Assembly: GCA_044226015.1 (NCBI GenBank)
Contig: JBGAHS010000002.1
Coordinates: 915,435-979,434 of the forward strand
Length of the DNA stretch: 64,000 bases
Direction: 5' to 3'
DNA from: Candidatus Obscuribacteraceae bacterium
GTDB taxonomy: Bacteria > Cyanobacteriota > Vampirovibrionia > Obscuribacterales > Obscuribacteraceae
The notes beneath the pieces were generated by a model, which was not told the DNA's origin, did no database searches, and saw only the letters and a list, made by a program, of their open reading frames with translations. This document shows positions 9,508-19,200 of the stretch, in pieces (the stretch's first letter is position 1; each line of letters starts with the position of its first letter). The translations under genes and the position numbers were made by a program.

Positions 9508-10798
9508 AATCTGGCATCCCTTCACACAAATGCAAACCGCTGACCCGCCGCTCAAGGTCACTAGCGGCAAGGGCAGCACACTTACGCTAGAAGATGGGCG
9601 AACTATAGTCGATTGTATTTCTAGCTGGTGGGTAAATTTGCATGGGCACTCGCATCCAGAGATTGCCCATGCCATTTTCGAACAGGCGAAGACGCTTGAA
9701 CAAGTTATATTTGCAGGCTTCACTCACCAACCAGCAGAAGACGTTGCCGAGTTAATTGTCGAAGCACTGCCGTCACCTCTTTCACACGTCTTCTTTTCAG
9801 ACAATGGCAGCACCTCGGTTGAAGTGTCGCTAAAAATGTCATTTCAGTACTGGCTAAACAGCGGTGAAAAGCGAACAAGATTCGTTGGTTTTGAAGGTGG
9901 CTATCATGGCGACACAGTCGGTGCTATGTCCATCGGTAGCGGCTCTCCATTCTGGAATAAGTTTTCGCCACTCTTATTTTCGATAGACCTTATTCCGTTC
10001 CCTCACACTTATGATGGTGACAACGAAGTTGATGCAAAAGAAGATGCTTCAATAAAAGCTCTTGAATCACTTTTCGAGAATGCTAGCCCCGAAAATCGAC
10101 ACGCAGCCCTCTGTATCGAGCCGCTAGTACAAGGCGCAGCAGGAATGCGAATGTGCCGTCCTGAGTTCCTGCAAAAACTAAAAGCTGTTTGTTCGAAGCA
10201 CAAAGTGCTGCTGATATTCGATGAAGTCATGACAGGTTTTGGCAGAACAGGCGATTTCTTTGCCTGCACAAAATCAAAAGTAACCCCCGATATCATATGC
10301 CTTTCCAAAGGCATAACTGGCGGCTTTCTGCCTCTTTCCGTGACCATTTGCAGCGAAGATATCTTCAACTCATTTTTGGACCACGGCAATGAAAAAACAT
10401 TTTTTCACGGGCATTCCTACACGGCGAACCCGCTTGCTTGCGCCGCAGCAGTTGCATCATGGCGCATTCTCCAGGGAAATCAAATACGTTTTCAAAGCAT
10501 GGAAAACCTTCACCGAAAGTTTGTTTCTGCAGAACTGAGTGGAAACTCTCTAATCGAACATGCTCGATTTTGTGGCACAATATTTGCCGCAGAATTGCGC
10601 ACGGGAGAGGAAGACAGCTACTTTTATAGTCTGACTCCTCAGCTAAAGAAACGCTTCATTGACCTAGGCTTCTTAATTCGCCCATTGGGAAATACTATTT
10701 ACTTGATGCCGCCCTATTGCATTTCGGACGAGGAGTTGGAATCTGCTTACAAGGCTATCAACAAAGTTTTAGAAGAGCTGAAAGCAGTTAAGAAGTAG
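9497..10798 (+). CDS. bioA: Adenosylmethionine-8-amino-7-oxononanoate transaminase
   Basis: IWHPFTQ, SSWWVNLHGH, DEVMTGFGRTG, SKGITGG, HGHSYTANP. Confidence 0.96.
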   Translation: MKNRIWHPFTQMQTADPPLKVTSGKGSTLTLEDGRTIVDCISSWWVNLHGHSHPEIAHAIFEQAKTLEQVIFAGFTHQPAEDVAELIVEALPSPLSHVFFSDNGSTSVEVSLKMSFQYWLNSGEKRTRFVGFEGGYHGDTVGAMSIGSGSPFWNKFSPLLFSIDLIPFPHTYDGDNEVDAKEDASIKALESLFENASPENRHAALCIEPLVQGAAGMRMCRPEFLQKLKAVCSKHKVLLIFDEVMTGFGRTGDFFACTKSKVTPDIICLSKGITGGFLPLSVTICSEDIFNSFLDHGNEKTFFHGHSYTANPLACAAAVASWRILQGNQIRFQSMENLHRKFVSAELSGNSLIEHARFCGTIFAAELRTGEEDSYFYSLTPQLKKRFIDLGFLIRPLGNTIYLMPPYCISDEELESAYKAINKVLEELKAVKK

Positions 10799-10902
10799 CG
10801 ACTCAGTTACTCTCATGAGCAGCCACCGCTTCGGCATACGAGCGTTTCCTTCAACCCCAGCCGCGCAAAGATGCGGTATGATTGCAATAGGAATATGAAA
10901 TC

Positions 10903-11253
10903 ATGCGAACATTTGAAGAAGCTCTGAAACTCTACCGCACGAAACACCAAACAAGAGGGTGCATAGTTACTCATATGTTTGGCGTACCAATGCTGATTCT
11001 TACCCCTTTGCTCTATCTTGCCGGGAGAAAAGGAGAATCCAAATGTTTTCTTCTGGGTGGACTTTTCTTGCAATGGTTGGGCCATGCAGTTTATGAAAGG
11101 AATACCCCGACAATTATCGAAACTAAAGACCCCATGATAATTCCGGCTGCACTTGCATTTGTTGGCGAAAAATGGGCAGACGTTGCCACGGGAAAGCCAT
11201 TCATCGAGAGTTCGGATACCGAAATCAGAGCGATTAGCGAAGATCCCCTATAA
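10903..11253 (+). CDS. DUF962 / Mpo1-like small membrane protein
   Basis: Y..KH...G....H..GVP and LQWLGH.VYE.N.P motifs. Confidence 0.75.
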   Translation: MRTFEEALKLYRTKHQTRGCIVTHMFGVPMLILTPLLYLAGRKGESKCFLLGGLFLQWLGHAVYERNTPTIIETKDPMIIPAALAFVGEKWADVATGKPFIESSDTEIRAISEDPL

Positions 11254-11358
11254 AGTCAAAGCGATTAGCGAAGATCCTCCTTAAAGTCAAAGCACTTAGC
11301 TGAAGATCCTCCTTAAAGTCAAAGCACTTAATTGAAGATCCTCCATAAAGTCAAAGCA
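11227..11358. repeat. Tandem repeat: 4 copies of a 31-32 bp unit plus a partial copy
   Basis: Units start at 11227, 11258, 11289, 11321; core GAAGATCCTCCTTAAAGTCAAAGC; first unit encodes the gene's C-terminus; a 9-bp-stem hairpin follows at 11355-11377. Confidence 0.9.
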
Positions 11359-11586
11359 CCACGTGGTGCGTGGTGCTCTGCTGAACTCGGGTTAAGGCTT
11401 GGGTTCGTTTACAACTGTACCTCCAGCAAGCTTTTCTCTATATGTGCGTTTATGCATTTTTGCGTGCGCCCTTTGCCAGATCCGCAGTGGGAGATCGTTT
11501 TGCAACATGTGCCACTCTGCTATAGAACTCTTTTTCAAAGCCCGATAGAATTAGGGGATCTAGTTCGAAGGGAAAGAGGAGCGCTC

Positions 11587-12132
11587 ATGAAAACTCCAGT
11601 GGCTATTTTGCTGTCTTGCTGTGCTTTGTTTCAGTTAAGCACTGCCTGGTCAAGCGCGGCAGAAGAAAAATCAGCCAGTGCACCACCTGAGGTATCACAA
11701 CGAAACGACTCCTCTGAATTGGAAAAGCTTCCGCTCAAGCGCTCTATTAGCCTGAAAGACCTCTCTTCTGAGAAGTCCATAAACATCTCCGCAGTGTGGA
11801 AAGGCAAAGTTCAAAAATATACTGGAGTGCCACTGCGAACGTTCTTCAAAGAGATGATTTCAATTCCAATCGAGAATATGGCAGATTGGAAACAGCTCTC
11901 TCGCTATGAATTAGTAGTTGAAGTGGTCGGAAAGGACGGTTATCCGGCGCTGGTCAGCGCAAGCGAAATGGCTATGAATGAAAAGGGAAACAAGTTCGTC
12001 TTATGCAAGAACACAGAGGGTAAAGAAGAAAGCATTCTGCTTGTATGCAAAGACGACGATTACCGCGTTAGATGCGTGCGTGATGTTGCTTATTTGCGAA
12101 TTGTTCCAATATCAAAAGCAAAATCCGAATAG
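11587..12132 (+). CDS. Exported protein with oxidoreductase molybdopterin-binding-like domain
   Basis: AGAGGA then ATG; signal peptide; YTGVPL and GKDGY motifs and a terminal R.VR.V. Confidence 0.65.
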   Translation: MKTPVAILLSCCALFQLSTAWSSAAEEKSASAPPEVSQRNDSSELEKLPLKRSISLKDLSSEKSINISAVWKGKVQKYTGVPLRTFFKEMISIPIENMADWKQLSRYELVVEVVGKDGYPALVSASEMAMNEKGNKFVLCKNTEGKEESILLVCKDDDYRVRCVRDVAYLRIVPISKAKSE

Positions 12133-12229
12133 AAATAGTTCCTTGCAAATTAGACAGCGGCAACGTGATTTTTGCTGGCATGATCAGCTACAGTCAGGTC
12201 CCGTAAGCAAATGCGCTGGTACTACTTCC

Positions 12230-12829
12230 CTAGCTGCAACGGCGGCGACGCCAGGTCATGTTTTCCACAAGAAGTCGCTTATCGAGCGAACCGTTCCAAC
12301 TCACATCGAGTCCATTGCGGCGCAAAATCTCAGATATCTTCTGCGCTGTTTTGATAGCCATATCATCTGAATTGTCCACAGCGCCATACGCCAGATAAAG
12401 CGCACCATCTTCCACGGCTCGCTCGGTGTCCTGCATGTGGTAAAAAACATAACCTGAGGGCTTTGTCTCTCGTTCTTCCTGTTTTGCCTGCTCGATTTCT
12501 TCCCAAATTTCCGCATGACCACAGGTCTGGCAGCACGTAAAATTCTGCCTCGCGACAATACCGCTTTCTTCCAATTCAGAAAACGCGCGGTCGAGCCGGT
12601 CGCAATCTGTGTCGCCCTGCCAACTCTGCTCGCTTTCCTGGTGTGCCTCCATGAGTTCGCAGGCAAGTTCTTCGACTAAGTTATTGAGTTCATCGCTTTC
12701 ACCAAGCTCTTCACTGAAGCACTCAATTGCTTCCTCAACAATTTCCTCTTCAGTGTCGAAACCCTCAGCGACGCGCCGGGCTATGAAAGCACGAATTTCA
12801 TCTTTCTCTGACAGTTGAGTTGCGCTCAT
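12230..12829 (-). CDS. DUF6891-like acidic protein
   Basis: TDCDRLDRAF.EL...GIVARQNFTCCQTCG and GYVFYHMQD; GAGG before ATG 12829. Confidence 0.75.
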   Translation of the reverse strand: MSATQLSEKDEIRAFIARRVAEGFDTEEEIVEEAIECFSEELGESDELNNLVEELACELMEAHQESEQSWQGDTDCDRLDRAFSELEESGIVARQNFTCCQTCGHAEIWEEIEQAKQEERETKPSGYVFYHMQDTERAVEDGALYLAYGAVDNSDDMAIKTAQKISEILRRNGLDVSWNGSLDKRLLVENMTWRRRRCS

Positions 12830-13260
12830 AAACCTCACTCGCAAGAACTCCGAATTCATTTTTCCACGTGCAGAAGTCCATAAACCCTATTATCAGGCGA
12901 AACAGAGAAATTCTTGGGCTTTTTCGGTGTCGAATAAACCTGCATTCTGCGAGAGTCAAAGGGCACGATTTAATGAAGTTTCGGACTCGAAATATCGCCA
13001 TTTGGGCACATAAGAAATACACATTAGTATCCAGCGAGCATTGTCAAGAGGCAATTCGCGGGGTATTCCGTGTTGAAGCGAAACGAATTCCTGTCCTGTT
13101 TTCCCGGTGGTTCAATTTCTCTTGTCGAACAAGAGTAGATAAAATCCCAAGCTCAAACGAAAAAGAGTAAAGACATTTTGTCCAGAATGTCGAGTGAGGG
13201 TGTAGATACCACTGGCGGGTGCAGAGTAGGGTTCGCGGAAATTGGTCCGGGAGAGCTCTG

Positions 13261-16200
13261 ATGCCATTCGACGATAACGACAAAGCAACAAAACCTAAAA
13301 AGACTGAAGCAGACGAATACTTGGGTCTGATTCAGCGCCAGCAAGAGGAAGCAACGCGTGCTAGCGACAATTTGTCGCAAGACGCCTGGACGCCGCCTAA
13401 CCTGGAAGCAGGCAAGAGTTCCACTGACAAATCGAAGCCGGGCGACCGCGTTACTACAAAAATTGAGTTGTCGCAAGTTTATCCCATAGGCGAGCTGGAC
13501 AAGCGCGCCCAGGCGTGGAGAGACTACGGTGGTCTACTCAGCCCGTTCGATCCCAACTCACTGAGAAGCCGAAATGGAAGCACTGACCAGCAGCAGGGCG
13601 GTCAACCGGGCGCAGGTGGCGAAAAGCAACCAGGCGACAAGAAACCAGGCGACCAGACACAGGGCCCCATTCCGAACCCATATGAATATGAACCGCCATA
13701 CAAGCCAGGGCAGGACTACCAGCCACCAGCACAGCCAGAAGGCAAACCCGCAGGCAGTGACGCCGGACAATGGATCGCTGGACTGACGGCACTGGCGGCA
13801 GGCGCTTACGCACTCAGCCGGACGGTCAAATGGCTCACCAGAGAGAAGGACAATGTAGGTCCTATCGTAGACAAGGCAAGCGTAGACCGAAAAGCAGAAT
13901 ATAAGGATGCAAAAGTTGTAGCTCAAACCAAAGACAGCAAAGAAGAGCTGAACTGGAAAAAGTTTGACGGCAAAGAGTTTGAAACCAAAGACGGCAAAAA
14001 GGTCGGCATAAAAGACGTCGATTTCAAACTGCAGCTGCCTGAAGGGGCCGACAAGAACGCCGAGCGGGCTCTTAAAGCTGAATTGGAACTGCGCTTACGT
14101 GGGAAAGGCGACCTTGCCGAACAGGCAAGAAAGCTGACTGTTGAAAGCGACCCAAGCTTAAAAGGCAAGGAAGAAAAACTTGTCTACCGCGAAGGAGCCA
14201 GTGGCAAAGACTTCGAAATATTGGGAACGCGTGACGGCAAACTTGAGATTAAAGACGGCCCTACCGACTCGCGCCTGGTTGAACCAAAAGCAGAAGATAA
14301 AATCGTCTATAAAACCTCTCCCGAGAACGAGCAAGCAGCAAAGGACAAAGGCAAGCCGTTTGAACTGCTCACGCGCACGCTCAACAATGACACCAAACCT
14401 GGTGCGAGCGAACTAGGACAACTCGAGAAAGAACTCAAAGCCAAAGAGCAGGCGTTGAAAGAAGAAGAGGCGAGAATAAAGCTTGAGAAAGACCGCCTTG
14501 CAAAAGAATCAACAGCTCTTGGCGACAAAGAGAAAGCGCTAGGCGAGAAAGAGGGTTCCTTAGCTAGTGAGGAGCAAAAGCTCAAAGAAGCTGAGCAAAA
14601 AGCAACAGAAACAGCCGATAAACTCGCTCAGAAAGAAACAACACTCTCAGAACAAACACGCGCTCTCGATGAAAGACGTCAAAAACTAGAGTCCGATCAA
14701 AAAGCACTGGATGCAGAAAAGCAGAAAGCTGATGCTGACAAAACGAAGATCGAAGCAGAAGAAACTCGCCAGAAGCAAGAAAGAGAATCGATAGACCAGA
14801 AGAATCGTGAACTAGCAGACCAGGCACGACAACTCACGGACGAGAAAGCAACATTAGCAGCTGATCGCGAAGCGTTGACTGGCGAAAAAGCGAAGGTAAA
14901 TGCAGATCGAATTGCACTAAATACTGAAAAGGAACAAGTTGCAGAACAGCGCGAAGCTCTGACCAAGGCGCGAGAAGCCCTGACGAGCCAACAAGCAGAA
15001 CTACAACAAAAACAAGACACGCTGGTCAAAGACCAGGAGCAACTCGCGCAAGATCAAAGAGAGTTTCAGAAAAAGCTCGACGGTTTTGCAAAAGAGCAAG
15101 AAGCACTCCGCAAATTGCAACAGCAAAGTGAGGCGCTTCAAAGAGATCTCGATGCTCGCAAAGGCGAGCTAGACAAATCTACGCAGAAATTAGAATCTGA
15201 CCGTTCTGCTCTGGATAAGAGCAAAACAGAGGTCGCACAGGAAAAACAAGCTCTCGAACAACAACGCGATCAGCAAAATGCCGATCAAGCAAAAATTGAG
15301 GAGCGCCTCAGAAAATTAGCAGATCAAGAAGTTGCGAATAAGACTAAGGAAGAGCAGCTTAGTTCTGAGAATCAGCGTCTTGCCGGAGAACGCGAGAAGC
15401 TGGCAGACCAACAGAAATCACTCGACGGACAGAAGGCGCAAATTGCCGAAGATAGAGAAGTGATTGAGGAAGCTCGACGCGGTCTGGATGACAGAGCCAA
15501 AGCAATTGGACAAGAAGAAAGCAGACTGGTCGAAGAGAAAGCACGCCTGGCGCAAGAATCGAAAACTTTAGCCGACGAGCGCAAAGTCATCGAAGCCGAA
15601 AAACGTAGCAATGCCGATACAAAAACTCAGCTCGGTGAAGAAAGAACAGCCTTAGAAAAACAGCGTGGCGAAATCGAAGCAGCACGCGAAGCAATAGTGA
15701 GAGACAGACAAGCTCTCGATGCTGAACGGCTGGCGTTTCGCACGGAAGCAGCTCGAACTTCAGCACAACTCGCTGACGAACAACAACGACTGTCTACTGA
15801 ACGGCAAAAACTGGATGGTGAGAAAACAGAACTCGCTAAACAGAAAGAAGAATCAGCTGCAACGAAGAGAGCCCTCGAAGGCGAACAGGCTAAACTCGAC
15901 GAACGCAGCCGCAACCTCGACGCTGAGCAAGGAAGACTTGCAAAGCTCGACAGCACGCTTGCAGAGAAAGAGGGTAAGCTCAATGAACAAGGTTCTGCCT
16001 TGCAAAAAGAGGCACTAGCACTACAAACAGAAAGAGAAGTCCTCGGTCAGCAAAAACGCGAACTAGACGAACAGTCCAAGCAGCAAAAGCTTTCGCAGGC
16101 TGAAATAGAGAAAAGAAATACAGAAATTGCAGACAAAGACCGCGAGTTGAAAACGCGCGAAGAGAAACTTGCAAAAGACAATACAGCCCTGACTGAAGAG

Positions 16201-19200
16201 CGTAGCAAACTTTTAACGGAGAAAGAAGCCATTCTGGCAGATCGCCAAAAACTCACAGAAGAGCGGCAGACTTTCACCACCGAGAAGGCAAACTTGCAAG
16301 CTGAACAAGGCAAGCTAGCAGATGCGCAGATCAGACTAAATGAAAAAGAGCAAGCTCTTGCAAAATCGGAAGAAGCAATTCTGCAGCGGAAAGGCGAACT
16401 CGACAAAGCGGTCGCACAACTTACGGCCGACCAGGCTAAGCTTGCCGATGCTCAGAAGGAACTGAAGGACTCACAAGAAAAAGTAGACGCACGCAGCAAG
16501 ACTCTTGATACTCGTGCTGCTGCCATCGAGAAGAGCAGCAGCGAACTTGCCGCAGCACAAGAGACTCTAAAAACCGAACAAACAGCGCTAGAGAGAAATA
16601 GAGAAGCGCTAGAAACAGACAGAAAGCAACTGGAAGCCGACAAGAGAACACAAGGCGCTGATGCAGCCAAGCTGGCTGAACGCGAACGAGAAATCACAGA
16701 AAGAAAAGCGGCTCTCGACGCTTCAGCAGAAGCGCAGAGCAAAGAAGCTGTGCGACTAGCGGCTCTATCAGAACAAGTAAGCAGAGAACAAGCAGAACTC
16801 AGAATATCTAAAACAACACTGGCAGCAGACCAGGAAAAACTCTCAGCCGCACAAAAGGTTCTTAGCACCGATCAAGAAAAGCTTGCAAGTGAAAGAGCGC
16901 AACTGACTCAAGATCAAGAAAAGAATGCAAGCGAAAAAGCAACCTTGCTAGCCGAGAAAGAAGCACTAGGCAAAGAAAAAGAGACACTTGCTAGCTCAAA
17001 AGCTCAGCTTGAAAGCGAACGAAGCAAACTCGTCGAAGAGAAAGGTCGCGTCGCAAGCAACAAAGCAGACCTGGAGAAAGAGCGCGCACGACTCACAACA
17101 GAACAGCAAGCTCTTGATAGTGCTAAAGCAGCATTTGAGACTGAAACTGCTCAAAAATCAGCAGAACTAGCAGGAGAGAAACAAGCACTTGCTACTGAGC
17201 GACTCACCCTGGAAAGTGACCGCAGAAAAATAGAAGCTCAAAAGACAGAGCTTGATGCACAAAAGCGCGCCCAAGACACCAAAGAAACACAGCTAAGCGA
17301 AAAACAGTCTGGACTGGCGACCGAGGCAGAGCGCATAGGTAAACTGTCTACAGAAATTGAAGGTCGCGACAAGGAATCCAAAGATCGTAAAGCTGCACTC
17401 GATGCTACTGCAGCAGAGATTCAAGCCGCTCGCGAAAAACTCAGCGCAGATCAAACAAAACTGACAGAAGATCAAGCAGCAGCGAAGAAAACTGCTGGCG
17501 AACTCAGCGCCGAACAGACTCGCCTTTCTCAACTAGATGAATCATTAAAAGCTAAAGAAGCAAAACTTCTAGGTGATCGCAAAGCATACGAAGAATCTAA
17601 CACCAAACTTCTCGAAGACAAAGCAGCGCTGCTAGCAGACCAAAAGAAGCTTGCCGGCGACCAGGAAAAGCTCGCAGCTGAGCGCACACAACTGCAAACC
17701 GAAAAACAACAATTAAACGAAGAACGCGCAGCTCTTAATGCTAATGAACAAAAACTAGCTACTGCGCAAGAAGAACTGAACGCTAAACAAACCAAGTTAG
17801 CTCAAGACCTCGAACAACTAAAAGCAGATCAAACAAAACTTGCCGAAGCTCAAAAGGGACTCGGAGAAGCTCAAAATCAAATAGGTCGACGAGAACGACA
17901 ATTAGATCAACGCAGCTCAGATCTCGATCGCACTGCAGCTGATCTAAAAGCAGGACAAGACGCACTTTCAAAATCGCAAGGCGATTTACAAACAAAGACA
18001 GAACAGTTGGCTGCAGACAAGCGCCAACTCGAGGAAGACCGCAAAGCTGCAGATGCAGACACAAGCAAGCTAGCCGAGCGTGAAAAGACCATCAGCACGA
18101 GAGAAGCGGAGCTGCTCGCTAAAACCACAGCGAATGCTAAAGAAGCAGAACGCTTGCAAGCGATGAATGAAAAGCTCAACGCACAAAGAGGACAAATACA
18201 GCTAGACAAACAAGCTCTAGAACAGGAAAAGACCAAGGTAAGCGAAGCCAAGCAAGCCTTAGATACAGACAGGCAAAAGCTTGACGCTGAGAAAGCGGCG
18301 CTGAGCACAGAGAAAGCCGGTCTTGAAGCTACGAAGCAATCATTGCAAGACCAAGCAAAAGAAATAGAAACAGCGCGGGCGGAAATAAAGAAAACTCAGG
18401 GCGAACTCGCAACAGAGAAAGACGCCCTCAGCAAACGCGCTGCCGAATTGCAACAAGCTCAAACACAGCTCGATAAAGATAGAGAAGCGTTCGAGAAGGA
18501 AAAGGCAACAAACGCTGCTGACCTTGAAACCAAAACAAAAGAGCTCGCTGACCGAGAAAAAGCGCTCCAGGGCGAGCAAACAAAACTAGCTGAGGACAAC
18601 CGCAAACTTGAAACGGAGAAGACTTCTCTCAAAGATCAGCAAACAAAACTAGATTCCGACAGAGCTGCTTTAACCGGACAACAGCAAGAGCTTGCAAAAC
18701 AACAAACACAATTGGGTGAAAAAGACTCTGCACTCAAGGCACAGTCCACTGCTTTGGAAACTAAAGCCAAGGAAATAGAAGGTAACCTCACAAAACTTGG
18801 TACTGAGCGTCAAGCAATCGAAGACGAGAAAGCCCAGCTTGAAAAAGACCGTGTTGCGGTCGACGCCGACCAGAAGAAGATTGCTGAACGTGACCATCAA
18901 CTCGCTGAACGACAGACTCGTTTAACTGAAAAAGAGTCACAACTAACCAGACAAGGACAAGAAGTTCAATCACAAAGACAAACGCTTCTTGCAGATCAAG
19001 AAAAACTGAAGTCTGACCAAGCAGCAGTAGCAGAGCAATCGGCGAAGGTAGCAACAGATCGCGTTGCACTCAACGAACAAGCACAAAAACTTGCAGCTCA
19101 ACAAAGCGATTTGCTGACCCGAGAAACAACCTTGAAGACGGGACAGGAAAAACTCCTTGCCGACCAACTAACTCTCAACTCGGACAAACAAATATTGCAA

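Noticed and set aside
11227..11358. CRISPR array
   Set aside because: Variable parts are only 7-8 nt and related to each other, the first unit is coding sequence, and no cas genes are present.
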